The notes below the pieces were generated by a model that saw only the letters and a program-made list of their open reading frames with translations, searched no databases and was not told the DNA's origin. Below are positions 45,047-58,318 of a stretch of 64,000 bases of DNA, one piece after another. Each line of letters begins with the position of its first letter. The first letter of the stretch is position 1. The stretch comes from Cyanidioschyzon merolae. Taxonomy: Eukaryota. The position numbers and the translations under genes were made by a program. The stretch lies in the NCBI GenBank assembly GCA_000091205.1, contig AP006493.2. One strand, written 5' to 3'.

Positions 45047-48000
45047 TGGTGCAGCCGGTCCTGGTTCGCGCCAAAGCGTAGCTAGATCTTTTGCATTCAC
45101 AGGACTGGTATGCTTCAGCTCATCGCGAGGTTTGCGCAGTGCTCAAGGACCACAGAGGACCTTGGTGTGCGTTAGTGATGCTTTGCGTGCATCTCGTCTT
45201 TTGGACTGGAGCCTTTTTCTGGGACGGACAGCCTCGCTGCATCAATGTTGCTGTTGAGCGGAGCAATCCGTGGCACACTCTGGTCTTGTATGATCGACGC
45301 TTGTAGGCAGGTCTCCTCTCGTGGTGCCAGCACGATCGCCGAGGGCACTTCAGCAACAAGGTCGTCTATTTCGTGGCGGTATTCTCGAGCACTCGACAGG
45401 ACCCGATAACTTGTTCCTGATACCGACACCCTGCTTTCCTTAAGCACATGCTCGTTTTTGAGAATGCGACATCTGCGTCTCTGGTGCTTTTTCGTGCAAT
45501 GTAGAATCTATGCATCTGTCGATAATTTTGCTCTGGAAATGCGCGCTCCGGCGTGGTGTTGATGCTGGTTAACAGGATCCGGTTTTTTATGTTGCAAAAT
45601 AAATGAGTCTGACCAGAACTCCACGAAGGTGCAATTGCTATTGCTAATCAGGCTAGACAACAGTGTCGCTCGTCAGGCACGCCCACCTTACCCAAACCCA
45701 GACCTGGATTTTCGTCGGGATTAGAGACGAGAACGATACCGTAATTCTTCGGATGCATGGTTACGTCCAGTGCGTGACGCTGTAATAGCAGTTTTATCTG
45801 GGTCCGCCTAGTCTCCTGCAGTCAACATCCGCTCACAGGGACCTGGTGTTCACCATCGCTCGCTCATTGCCCGAGACGCTCCGAGTGTATTGGCGAGCAG
45901 GTTTCCCCAGCATACATGTGCCAACCGCAATGCTCGTGAATCCACCGCCACAAGTAGATCAAGTGCAGCGACCTGGAGATCATCCTGCTCGATGAGCGAT
46001 GCTCCATTTTCAAGCTGATGGATCGCGATGGCTTGCTTTCTCGTTTCTTCAAAAATGTTAGGGATCGCTCGCATCTCGCTTTTGTTCAAACGAATGCCGT
46101 ATGCTCTGCATTATCCCGGATGAGCTAAGACGGGTTCCAAGCAGTCGGGTAGGCGCGTGTGCGTCTCCTGGGGTCCTTGGAAGATGCAAAGGCGCAAAAT
46201 CGCTCCTGCAGCGAAGCACGGTTGGTGACATTCATGTCCTTGCGCACGAAAGAGACGCACAAACCTGCAACGCCCTGGATACAACCCTGCTGCACAATGC
46301 TGAAACGTCCTGCTCTTGAACTCGAGCCGATTTCGTTGTGGCAATTGGCAACCCGGGTCCGCCTGAACGCAAGCAGCATTGTTGTTTCTCGACACTGCGG
46401 GATCAAGCTTCGAGTCGTGCTTGATCGACCATTCGGAAGAGCACAATGAGTGCGAACCAATCTGGCTGCTTGTTATCGAATCTATCGATCTGGGCATTCT
46501 ATCCAGGTCGTGCTTCGATTCGCAACCTGAGCGATTTGCTGAAAGAAAAGCGTCAGTTTCAGCGCACCGAACGAGAAGGGCAACGCATCCCAGATGCTTT
46601 ATACACACGGAATAATATCGAATAACGGAACACCGTTGTCGATCAGGTATTGCCCAGGAAACCCGTTCCAGGAGTGTTGATAAATAGACAACATTCGAGC
46701 CTTTCTGAATTTCCGGACAGTGCCACATCAGCTCCTGCGCTCATTCATGAAGCCAATACCCTCTATCCTGGCCACGAACGTTTCTCTCGCAAAGCTTCAG
46801 ATTTTCAGGGCAATGCCTGTGCTGCGTACGAAACCATTGCATGGAAAGTTCGCTCGACACAAAACTTCTGGACGCTCCGGACGCAAGAGATACTTCCAGA
46901 TATTGATTGAGGCATTCAAGTACAGGTGCAGAAAGTGCTTGTGTGCTTGGTTACTAGATGAATCACTACGTAGCAAGCCTCTCACTATCGTTTTCACCGC
47001 CATTTGACGTTAGCTCACATTACTGGACACCATACCTCGCATCCATCGCTATCTCACGCTTCCCTGTTCTACCAGTTTCAACATGCACCCGTGCTCTTGC
47101 TGCGTGTATGTCGTCTTGAAGCCATTGACGGCACTCGAGCGATGCCGATTCCCGCATTCGTTGTATGCTCTCGTCGATAGCGGAGGAGGTTTTGCTAGCA
47201 CGTTACAAAACGTCCAGTTCCATAGATTACTTTAAAAAAGACATGATTCATACCTCATTTCCATTTCAAAATCATTACAGGAAACGGAGAATAATCGGTT
47301 CTCGCCTCTGTACAACTGTAACTAGTGACGACACAGACACCGTCGTACGCTCTCCTGCCCGAGATCACCTGCATGAGCTATTTGAACACTCAAGTACATC
47401 CGGGATGAAGTACACAACGCACTTATCTCTGCTTGATAAGCTGCCCAGAGTTTCTAAATCGGCCTTGAAGTCGTCATACCGCCAGGCGGTATGCCTCCTG
47501 GCAACCAGAATGACCGACTCCAGATGATACAACGCTTTGGAACAAGAGCGCTGCTTCATCTGCTGTACATTCAGGTTGATGGATCGGTCCTCATGCGTTA
47601 TCGCGTTGGCGACGGTCGTGGTATTCATAGTCCCGGGATCCACGCTCATAACAAGTCGTTCTCTTGATCTGGATTCAACCCTTTTGAAAATGAGTCTTCG
47701 TGCTCAATTCAGACCTAGATTTTACAATGAATATGTAGAACGATATTCCATCCGCCCCTATGGTCCATGTAAACAAGAAAACTAAAACGAAATTCACCCA
47801 CGCGCTTCGCGAACTTGTGCCAATGCTTCGTGCTCGCTCGTCGAAACGAACACCCTCTTCTTTCCCTTTGCTCGGCCGGATGGTATGGATTTGGTCGTCG
47901 TACCTTTTTTTCCGTATGTTTGCCTTGTGATTCAGATGCACGAGACCAACGGTGGCAATGAACCTTGCCTTTTCTACGTATGTTTGTACCTGCAACGATT

Positions 48001-49257
48001 CCAGTGCATTTTCATCAACTTCCGCTACCCGCGCACGCGCACACAGACCGATACGCCCCCTTTCGCATGCTCCCGCACACGAACTGACGAGGAACATACC
48101 AGGATAAGGCTGTCGAAGGCAGAGAAAGCCTTGGCGTAGAACAGTGTCAAAGATGTGAACCGCTCTTTGCCTGCGCGTCGAGCACGAAAATGGCGTAACG
48201 GTAACAGCGGAGACACCTTCGACTGGATGGAGTCACGGGGGAATACACTGGCACGAATAGCACCGCATTGGTACTCTAAGCTGCGCACTCCTCATCCTCT
48301 TACGCGTCACGGAAAGCTACAATATCTAGCAGTAGGATAGGAGGAGACGAGAACGAAAAAGGTCATGAAGCGTGCTTCGATAGAGGATGATGTATTGATC
48401 GATCCTGCCGGTTTGTTCATTTTATTCGTGTCCACAAAATTGAATCGTCGCATCGGCGGACGTTTCTGGAATGCTTGCATGTTCCTTCTTTACGAAGAGC
48501 AGCTCGAGCATGTTTAAACACCTGTACACATCTCTAGCATGTGTGCCAAATTAGATGTCATCAAAAGTGAGAAACACGTGTACCACTTGATAAGAGCAGT
48601 CGTGTTTTCGTTCGAAATCTGGAGTGTGTTATTCAATGCCCAGGGCGCTCCCGCAGAAGTGTGCTTTTTCCGCAATGCGTCCGTGTCTCTTCATCGCCAT
48701 CCATATAAACGGCACGAACTTGCACAACCTGTTTCAATTTCACTAGATTTTTTTCATAGAGAACGTATGTAGTGGAAGGGATGGACCAGGACACAATCGT
48801 ACAATTAGACTTTTACATGTTCTAGTTTCGGTGCACAACGTCCAGGATATGGGCTGCGATAGCCTGGTGTTTCATGCACCCGCTAAGCATAGAATGAACG
48901 ACTTGCACAAGGAAGGCCGCTATTCCGCCAGCTACCAGCTGGCAGCATAACGTCTCCCCACGACAAATCTCTAATTTCCGGGATAAATGTTTACTGCAGA
49001 ATACATGCAAGAAAAACAAGAGAAAACAAAAAGTTCGTGCACATACCTGTATTTCATGATTGAATGCCCTGCGTAGAACGACCAAGTGTCATGCTCCGTA
49101 CGCCACGCGAAACAACCCAATACCCCGGGCGCCAAAGTGAAAACAGCATCATCCAAGCGAAGCAAGACGTTTCCGTGTTCTCTCACCAGACGCTAAATCC
49201 CAGCATCCTGGCAAGAAAGTAGAGCAACACTTTTACACTGATGTTGCTTGCGAAAAA

Positions 49258-51279
49258 CTAGCGCCAAATGCGCCGGCACGCCTGCCCAACACTACGGAGT
49301 ACCTTTCGGGCCTCGGTGATTTCCCACTGGACGCTGTGGCGTGCAATGTCAAGTGTCTCAACCACAAGGCTCCAAAGATGCAACCAAAAACGCAGCACAT
49401 ATGCAATATAATCTACACGTTTGTTCAGCCAGCTAAGAACGAAGCTGATACATCCAACGAGCAGCACCAATAACCCGAGTGCCACGAGACGGACGACGAG
49501 GCCTTGGCAGCGCTCTAGGACCGCACTCCACATGGTTGAACGCTGTGCGTGCTTCTCGCCGCGCCCCGAAGCGCTCGCTGGCAGCGAAAGCCAAAGTTTC
49601 TGCACGGAACGCCTCCGCTGCAGGCCACGGAGCGCCTGACAAGCCGGTACACCCGGTATATGCGTTGACCGATCGATCCAGCTGGGGACCGAATCCAGCG
49701 GATGACGCTGTGTCACCTCTATGTCCGCTTTGCATAGAACCTCTTCTGCGATGCTCGGTAGCTTCCGGGTCGAAATGCGTTCTAGTTGTTTGCGAACAAG
49801 GAATGCCAGCATTTCTTGGCGGTGCTCTCGAAACTTGGGGCTCACTTGGTGTCGTTTCAAAAAGCCATCCCAGTTGGTCTCAATGAGTCCAATGCGTCGA
49901 GCGATTAGGTGCTTGACGCGTGCAGCAAAAGCTGCTGGGGTTTCTTCGGGACGCCGCTGCTGCGGCTCCAGATAATATACATCGCAGACAACTGCCCAGG
50001 ACGTCATGAGCGCGAAGAGATGCGTAAGGAACACCTGCCTGGCGCTGTTCCAGAATACATCAGCGTATGCTTTGTTGTACTTGATCGCAACTGGGTACAC
50101 AAGTGCACCAAGCTCGAAACTACCCTTCTTAAACATGATGCAGTACTCGTTGTTGACACAGGTGCCCTCAGGAAAGACCAGCACTGGTTCATGCTCACCA
50201 TTTTGAACGTGTTCTTGAAGTAAGCGCTGTACAATACGACGATCATGGCCTTCCTCGCGATCGAACCAAATGTGATTCTGTACGAGGCTCATGAGATCTT
50301 GGATGCGACCGGCGAGTCCCCCATGACGTTGTCCGATTGTAGAGAACGGATAATCCTTGATCATGATCGCCAAATCAATCAGAGACGTGTGATTTGCGAC
50401 GTAGATCTGGTTAGGTCGGCGACGAGGACGCTCACCATGGTAACGTACGAGCCCGCTCCATGAGGCGACCAGCGTCGAAGCGAGGAAGCGAATCAGCTGC
50501 TTCTGGAGGTAGACCTTGAACCGCGTCCGCCTTCGCAACAGCAAGTGCACGAGCGTGAATCCAGTTGAAAAAATGGACACGCCAACGATGAGGATGCCCA
50601 GTCGCAGAGGAAATAGGATCCCATAGCGAATGAAGATACTAAACAACCAGATCGGCCAAAGAATGATAGGAACTGGAGTTGAACGTGTACGTGTCATGAG
50701 GTTCCATACTCTGGGTGCACTGGACTCGAAGCACTTTGTCAGCGAGTCACCAGCCATGGCACCGACGGCCTCGGCGAGCGGCGGCACCACGGCAATAAGC
50801 GGCAGAACAGCACGTTGTTGTCGAGCACCGGCAGCGTGGGTGCGTATGCGCGTGTTTGTGTACTCCTCAGTCCGATCGGTGAGGCAGGCCTCGTCGCCGA
50901 TTACATCGAACAGACCTCGGATAGCGTCGTAGGATTCCCACTCGCCTAGTCCGCCGAGCTCGAGCTCGGAGTGCAGCCGCGAGAGTCTCCGCTGGAGGTC
51001 ACCCTGTGGGCCGCTTTCACGGTGCAAAGATACCGAACTTGTGTCTGATTGGCCAGCGTTCTGGTAGTTAGAAGCTGTACCACTCTCAGCGGCAGCAGCA
51101 GCAGGGCCCCTGTCTGAAGCGAATTCGGAGACGCATCGGCTAGGATCAGTTTCTAGCTCCTGCTGATGCTGCTGCCAACGCCAACCGGCTGCACGCTCGC
51201 CATAGATAACCCTTGATGTCAAGTCGAGCCCCCAGATATACAGCTGTCGGATCAACGACCAGTTGCGTACAAAAAGCAT
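49258..51279 (-). CDS. Glycerol-3-phosphate / lysophospholipid acyltransferase (ER GPAT3/4-like, LPLAT family), N-terminal TM region
   Basis: Acyltransferase motif I VANHTSLIDL, motif III VFPEGTCVNNEY, motif IV region GALVYPVAIKYN. Hydrophobic N-terminal segments. Confidence 0.8.
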   Translation of the reverse strand: MLFVRNWSLIRQLYIWGLDLTSRVIYGERAAGWRWQQHQQELETDPSRCVSEFASDRGPAAAAAESGTASNYQNAGQSDTSSVSLHRESGPQGDLQRRLSRLHSELELGGLGEWESYDAIRGLFDVIGDEACLTDRTEEYTNTRIRTHAAGARQQRAVLPLIAVVPPLAEAVGAMAGDSLTKCFESSAPRVWNLMTRTRSTPVPIILWPIWLFSIFIRYGILFPLRLGILIVGVSIFSTGFTLVHLLLRRRTRFKVYLQKQLIRFLASTLVASWSGLVRYHGERPRRRPNQIYVANHTSLIDLAIMIKDYPFSTIGQRHGGLAGRIQDLMSLVQNHIWFDREEGHDRRIVQRLLQEHVQNGEHEPVLVFPEGTCVNNEYCIMFKKGSFELGALVYPVAIKYNKAYADVFWNSARQVFLTHLFALMTSWAVVCDVYYLEPQQRRPEETPAAFAARVKHLIARRIGLIETNWDGFLKRHQVSPKFREHRQEMLAFLVRKQLERISTRKLPSIAEEVLCKADIEVTQRHPLDSVPSWIDRSTHIPGVPACQALRGLQRRRSVQKLWLSLPASASGRGEKHAQRSTMWSAVLERCQGLVVRLVALGLLVLLVGCISFVLSWLNKRVDYIAYVLRFWLHLWSLVVETLDIARHSVQWEITEARKVLRSVGQACRRIWR

Positions 51280-51609
51280 CCCAAACTTTTCCAGAAGCGA
51301 GGCGTGTCTCGCTACTCAAGCCTAGACTGACTATGATCTCCAAAACCCCACCAAAGCCGCGTTATCTACGAAGAGCGCAGTGATAAGAAACTAGTAAAAG
51401 ACGGTTTCGGTTGAGCCAACAGACTAGAAAGAAAACGCAACAAAGTCGAGGACGCGGCGTCTCAAAGCAGCAACAACGGGGTCTTCCAGCGCCACCGAGA
51501 AGGCCCTGCCTAAGTGCGCTGTCTTTCCAAAACACCCGCAGTCGCTACCTGAGCACCAAAAGAAAACAGTCCCGAAAGAGTTGATGTGGATCTGTGTGTA
51601 GAAGCAGGC

Positions 51610-54542
51610 GGTATCGTCTAGGGAAAGAAAAACGGAATTCGATGACGCGATTTGTCCAGCGTTGCGCGCGAGTCGCGAAACGTCGTCCTTCAGCTGAATT
51701 CCGTTCCATACCCGCTGCGTTGTATCACAGGAGATCGAAATCCGGATGCAATGTACTCTATAGATCGTGGACGAATTGCCTGAAGGACATATATTCCTTA
51801 CTGTACAGTGCAGGGGCGACTCTATTTCTCCTCCGGGTGAGCCTTAACACAGTATTCAGATGCGTGAGGAACGCGAAAAGAAAGAATCAGATGTGCTCCG
51901 CGTCGAAAACTAACATTCTCAGAGCGTGCTTGCGGTCAATGGTAGAAAACGGACCATTGATCACCGCATGGAGACCAAAAGCGACGAAAGCAGCTACCAT
52001 GGGTGTCTCTGTTTCTCAACAGCTTGTTCGCGTGGTCCTGAAATCACCCGGATAAAGTCGTAAAAATGTCCAATCTCATTCATAGCTATCATCTACCGAA
52101 ATTGCAGCGACAGCGTTCCTCGAACGTCGCTGTCGGTATAGAGCACAGGGACGTCGATTTGTTTATTCAGTCGATGATGGCTCCTTCGGATGACACGGTC
52201 GGAGCGTAGACGGGTATTCGCAGAGAAGGTGCCCGTTGAATGTGCGGTGGAACTCGAACAGAACGACGACATCAACTGTTCTGACTGCAGTGGATTCTTT
52301 TCCCAGCCTGAGTGTCGCTCATAGAAATGGATATGCAAGTCGAGGATCCCAGAGGCCCGGTGTCGCCTGCTGCCGGAAAACGGAAAGCTGTACCTAGCAA
52401 AGGGGAACAGGAGAAGACCAAGATGCAGAAGTAGGATGCGAAGCGTCAAAAGCAATTCGAAAGAAGACTGTATGACTAGACGGTGGTGGGAGCCTTGCTT
52501 CTAGGCGCTATCAAGGACCACTACCAGCGAGACTTGTAGGAGGCCATGAGAAACGTTTTCGTGTCTTACTCCAAGAAATGTATGTAACGCTTGTTTAGAA
52601 ATGAGGCATTTGGTCGAGTTTTACAATGACTCACGGACATCAACACAGTCGCGGTTCCGAAGGGATTTTTCAGCAGGATCTTCATTCGTCACCTGATGCT
52701 TGGAACAGGGAAATCTTCGACGAAAAATGAGGGAGTACATGCTCTCCAGCAAAATTACGCCCAATACCGCTTCAGCGGCATTCGAGACAGGGACGACTCA
52801 GATACTTACACGGATGATGCAATGAGGAACCTCACGCACCCGAGGAACTATATGATCGTGAAACTCGTAAGTTTCATGATACGCTGCATCATTGCGCTGT
52901 ACCCGGGCCTCTCTTGCAGTGGGATCCGGGCCATCATCAACGACATAGTACACGATCTCCGGAATGAACGGAAGATCGAAGTAGTCGACAAGAAAGACAT
53001 CACGCAGGAGAAGGAATGAAGCATCTGTTTCTCGTGCGACTATTCAAAAGTACCGTGCGGTTCTGGGGCTGGCGAATCCAGCAGAAAAGGTATCAGGTAT
53101 GAAAAAGGATGGTATCATCTCATCCTAAGCTACTTCGGATACCTGAACTGAGAACGAGTACGCCAGACAGAGATGGAGCTGAGTTCGGCGAAAAAATGAG
53201 TTGGAGAAACGGAAGGCTGCGCTTCTGGGGAAGCGCTTCAACGTCGTTCCGTTGTGCACCGTCAAGTCACACTCTGTGACTATCGACTCCAGAGTCCTTC
53301 ACGGCATCATGAAGAAAGAACGTTTCGAGCTCGATGTTAGCAACAAGGAATTCACGGGTGGAAACCAGGAGACGTACTGGAAGAGTATTTTCGATTTCAG
53401 ACGTCTCAAAATGAGCAAGAAAGAGGTACTCACTGGAGTAATCGAAATCGATGGAGCAGCCATGTGTGTACACTATCGGTGCTTCAAGGAGGCGGATCGT
53501 CCTGATCTGTCTTCGATATCGCACTTGGTGGAGCTTGAAGAAAACAAAGAGACGGATACTGCGACGCAGAAGGTACAGAAGAACGACTTTGTCATTGGCG
53601 CTGGTCCCGGGAACACGCAAATCGTTACCACGACTGCTCCCAAGTATGAGGAAGATGGCGCTGGTGGCAACTTGCGTCAGAAAGACATGCGACTTTTGAG
53701 GTTCTCAACAGCGAGATATTATCGAGAATCGGAAAAATGAATGTGAGGAAACAATTTGAGACATGGAATGCAGGAGTGAAAGCGCATTTGAGGCGATCAG
53801 CCAGGTGACTAGCCGTGGAGCGAGCTTTGGAGCTTTTCGGGTATTCATGAAAGTTAGCGTTCCTCACTGGAGAGCGCTGTAAAAAGAGTATACAAAGCCC
53901 CAGTGGGCTCGTCTGCGTGTGAATCTGTACTATGGGAAGCAGCGTACATTTGCCAACTTTTTCAATGAGTTGAGCGCCTTTAACAAGCACAAGGGTCAGA
54001 GGCTCGTAGTATCACAGCGAGCATGATGCTGGATGGCCCAAAAAGGGACTACGCCAGCTCCAACGTCAAGAACGTACAAGGAGTGTGCACGGCGTTTTGT
54101 CAGGATACCGATATGTGAGTACCGAACGTCATACGTGCACCATGAGCTGGGGTGTACACTTCAGAGGGTCGAGCGGGAAAAGTGCCAGCGGGCCCTGAGG
54201 ATCTGCTCAAGTACGGAGTGCTGACGGGGCAGGAAATGGCACGGATGGCATGTGTTCGAGGACTACTTGCATTGGTGATTACAACCAATGGCAAGAAACG
54301 TGTGGAGTTCTTGAACAGAGACTTGAACGCTGCTATCAATATAAGGAGATGTGCGGTGATGGAGAAGAGACCTGCAGCTCTAACAAGAGAGAATTTTGTG
54401 GGAGAACCTCTCAAGGTGGAATTATATTTGAAAAAGTTGAAACTAGAAGTAGGCGGCCGGTCCAAAAAGGCTGAAAGGCGTCATCGCATGGACGTCCATT
54501 TACTCTCCATGGTTATGATACATATTTGCTGCACTATCGGCG
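51610..54542 (+). mobile_element. Fanzor/TnpB-like element, copy B, degenerate
   Basis: Leader 51610-52326 aligns to copies A and C. ORF fragments 52327-52431, 52630-53019, 53201-53740, 54033-54224 and 54152-54679 are co-linear with copy A. Ends ...ctatcggcga at 54543. Confidence 0.55.
52327..54480 (+). pseudogene. Fanzor/TnpB-like RNA-guided endonuclease gene relic
   Basis: RuvC-I-like [16 protein letters not shown] at 53582-53629, with the catalytic Asp replaced by Gly. ARYYRESEK then stop. AFEAISQVTSRGASFGAFRVFMKVS. Zinc-ribbon remnant YRTSYVHHELGC. RuvC-III FLNRDLNAAINIRR at 54308-54349. 1-nt deletion relative to copy A near 54190; multiple stops between 53020 and 54030. Confidence 0.55.
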
Positions 54543-54665
54543 ACCGGGCAGCTTGTGATAGCTTACGTCTCAGAGAGGCTTGTGAAGGTTGTAATACTGT
54601 TTTAAACTTTTTACTGGAAAGGTTTTCGGGGATCACTTGCGCAGTGCTTCGTTTTACGTGGAGCG

Positions 54666-55570
54666 ATGAGTGCTTCTAGTGATCTCAGCCCCGAGCAGAT
54701 CGCAGAGTAAGTTGAATGGAAACCGCTGCCATAGGTACCGCTCCAGGCCGCACTACACTCTCGTCGCTTGGACTTGAGACTAGATTTACATCGAGGTTGT
54801 TCTTGTCTCCATGCACTTGGCTTCAGGGGCCTTTATCTTGATCGCAGCAAATGAACGACGTGTGGGCCCCAGCCCAGAAGACACCGGGGCCTGCGACTCG
54901 CGGCCGCTTTTACGAGGTAGCTTGGATTCGAGCTGCGTGCTCTCCGCTACGCTCCACTGCACAACTTGGACCCAGAACTGGGTAGAAAGCTAGCGCCCCG
55001 TTGTTGGTGTTCGCTTGGTTGCGCAGCAGGCACCTGAGGCAAGCGGCAGCAGTTCGTTCGGAGCACGACCTGTGTTTGGGATGCAAGCGCGACGGCTAGA
55101 AACAGAGCAATGACTAACCTTCCCATCGATCACGAAACGGCTGTAGGTTTGAGGAGGCATTCAAACTTTTTGACAAGGATGGTGACGGCAAAATCACCAC
55201 GAAGGAGTTAGGAACGATCATGCGCTCGTTAGGCCAGAACCCTACGGAAGCCCACTTACGCGAGATGATCGCCGAGGTTGATCAAGACGGATCAGGCACT
55301 ATCGATTTTGATGAATTCCTTGCGCTGATGGCAAGCAAGATGAAAGACATCGATACCGAGCAGGAAGTGCGGGAGGCATTTGCGGTTTTCGATAAGAACA
55401 ATGACGGCAAAATCAGCGCTGATGAGTTACGGGCGGTCATGCTGAAGCTGGGTGAGCGACTCACAGACGAAGAGATCGATGAAATGATTCGCGAAGCGGA
55501 TGCCGATGGAGACGGCTATATTGACTACCAGGAATTTTCGAACTTATTGCAATGGGATCAGCACACCTAA
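54666..55570 (+). CDS. Calmodulin, two exons (54666-54706 and 55147-55570) separated by a 440-nt intron
   Basis: Exon 1 [14 protein letters not shown] then donor GTAAGT at 54707. Branch-like tgACTAACc at about 55112-55119. Acceptor tag at 55144-55146. Exon 2 (E)[37 protein letters not shown]... with four EF hands through [18 protein letters not shown]. An in-frame stop at 55115-55117 excludes an unspliced reading. Confidence 0.8.
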
Positions 55571-58318
55571 TCCACCGTCATTGATACAAGAGCCCTCTCG
55601 CCGGTGAAGACCATTGGTGACTGCATTGCGCAACACGCCATTCTCGCGTGACCATGGCATCTGGGCGCCAATCGGATTCCTTGTAGTGGGTGCTTATGCT
55701 TTATGTATGACTAGAATGGTGCTCGAGCGCTCCCGTGGTTACGCTGCGACACTAACCCCACCAGAGAGGGCGCCGAGCGCATACAGAGGTCACGCTGCTT
55801 ACTGTGCGCATTGGAGTCCTTGAACAAGGCCGCCTGCCACGCGATGAACACAGCGAAACGGTGTGTGAATTCTTCGTATCGTAAGACACGGTCAAACTAC
55901 CATGGTGCATCGAACATCGTGCTGAGCATGTTAAACTTCGGTAGAGACGGCGTCGAATGCATGGTTGATTCGAAAGTCGGCTGTTCCCGAATGCATCAAC
56001 GAGCAGTAGCAGCGCCTAAATGCGCCCAAAAGCGCTTGTTAGTCTACTTTGTGGTCTCAGTGTGAAGCATGGTGTCCCTAAACAATGATTGCTTTTATTG
56101 CTCTGACCTTTTTGTACGTTTCAACAACCAGGACCGTGCCCGCTTGCGGTACTGATCAGCAAAATTTCCTAATACAATGACCTGTGCCCAACGTGACAAC
56201 CTATTTGTTGTAGAGAGTCTGTAAATCGAACCCGGATGCTGTGGATGCACGAGTGCCGTCACGAAATGTGGAGGTTATAAACGTTCCCCCGTGCACTCGT
56301 TGACGTGTCTGGAGCTTCACAACGGGCGGCAACATCCCGAGTCTGTGCAGATGCCCGTCCGATTCGAAGAGCAGTTGCGACGCTGTGCGCTGCTCTTTGA
56401 ACATTCAGAATCTTAAAGACACGTAGAAGGAGTTTTTCGAGACTGCATGCCCGGAATGTGAGGAAAAACTCTTCAGCATTGAATTAGCAGGTCGACTAGA
56501 AATCAGAATAAAAGCGCTGCAAGTTCTTCCTGATGTGGAAAATCCCGAGATGCAGACAGGCAGCGACGTGGCCCATACTCCAACAACCAGCAGTGCATCT
56601 CGAAAGATTTCTGGTTTGATTCGTCCGCTCCATTTCATTGAAAGGGAAGGAGAGAGCTGAAGCATCCAAGCATGTGCGTTCTGTGACCGACTGCCGCATG
56701 GGGCCATCCTTCTGTCCTATATCCGTGATCTATTGGAAAGGCACATCGGACTGCACGCTTTGTTCATGCCCTGAGCGTTCTCTTCCAAAGTATCATTCGA
56801 TGTATCGTTGTGCTATTCAGAATTTGTAATGAGAGCTTACGGAATTTCGTGTGCAGTTGCAGGATTCTCGGTTGGTTTCCCGGGATGACGACTGCGATCC
56901 TCGGCAGACGGACTTTCTTATGTCGCTGGAATCCAGATGGATCGCGGCGTTTTACAACATGAGCTCCCTCCATAACCCTTATCAATAACATGTCCATACG
57001 AGAGAGTCTTCGCTCGTGTGCCTGCTCTCCGCTTTCCATGCTCAATCCACGCACTGTTCACCGTTTCGATCATGCTGTTTGACGGCAGATCGTCGGTGCT
57101 GCGCAACCGCACCGCTGCATGGTCAAGCGAGAATCCTCAAGGTCGACCTCCAACGATTCCTCCACAAGCTCATACGGGAACCGCTGTGAACTCGTCACGC
57201 CCATTGATCGATTCCGTTCCACATTCGAGTACGCTGCTCGTTGTAGCCAGACATGAGACAACGTTCGAGTGCAACATGATACCTGTCGCAGGATATGTAT
57301 CTAGAGGCTCCCTGTCGCTTCCGTCTGTACGCAGACGGATCTCGGACTCGGACGTCAAGCATCGCAGTGATCGCTTCCAGTGGAGCGTGCGTCACCGCTC
57401 AGTACGACAGGTGCAGTGACGCACCCGAGTTTCCCGGCCAGCGTACATGCCTGCTTTTTGGTTCCGCTGCTTGTCTCATCATGGACAAGAGCGCGGTCCA
57501 TAGATCCTTCACCGACGATGACGTCGAGCGGTTGTCTATGCAGCGGACATCGTCGTCGCTGCGGGAATCGCATATAGGGAGCACATGCTCGTGAGGCAAG
57601 GTACCTGGTGTGGACCCGGAGGCGTGCATTCGCGGAAGCCTTCTGTACCGGTCAACGGTACGCATCGTGCGATGAAGAAGGTGTTACCCTGCTCCAGTAC
57701 AGCGCGATGGAAGCGGAATACTGGCCAATATACTTAGAATGCGTGAATAGCCTCCAATTTCATGACGAAGAAGGTCACACACTGAGACTGTATACGAAGA
57801 AGATGCGAATGGCATGCGAAGCATAGATCGTTACGTTTTCCTGTGCGTGAAACGTTTGTACAGCAGCCAGGAGCAACGCCATGCGGCCTAGGACGCTGCC
57901 ATGAACACCCCTCGACGTCCTGAAACATATCTGGCGGGAGAAAGAAGACCGATCCATTTCAGGCTCGGAGATAAGAGGGAGCGATCGAGAGCAGTCGCAT
58001 GAAAAGCCCACAATGGTCAGTACTGATTACATCAGGAACTGTCCCAAGAATCCTTTTTTTGTTTTCGTCCTGGAGCACCCTTTGCATTTTAGTCTGACAT
58101 CGATATAGTAAACCAGAGACAGCAGGTTCACATACACAAAATGACATGACACGATACCCCTAGATGACGCATTGGGCTGCGACACTTCGCCAATGTTGCG
58201 CAGACGCTTCGCACGCTGCGCCTGTCGAAACCGACGTTTCGTCGTTGTCTGACGCAACGTCTCCCGAACCTGAGCAGCTCGCGCAGCTTATTCAAACTTG
58301 AGGGTGCGCTGACCGGCG

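Noticed and set aside
48180-48260. tRNA-like or snRNA-like stretch (tggcgtaacggtaacagcggagac...)
   Set aside because: I could not fold it into a cloverleaf with an acceptor stem and T-loop consensus by eye. I found no tRNA, rRNA or snRNA I can support anywhere in the window.
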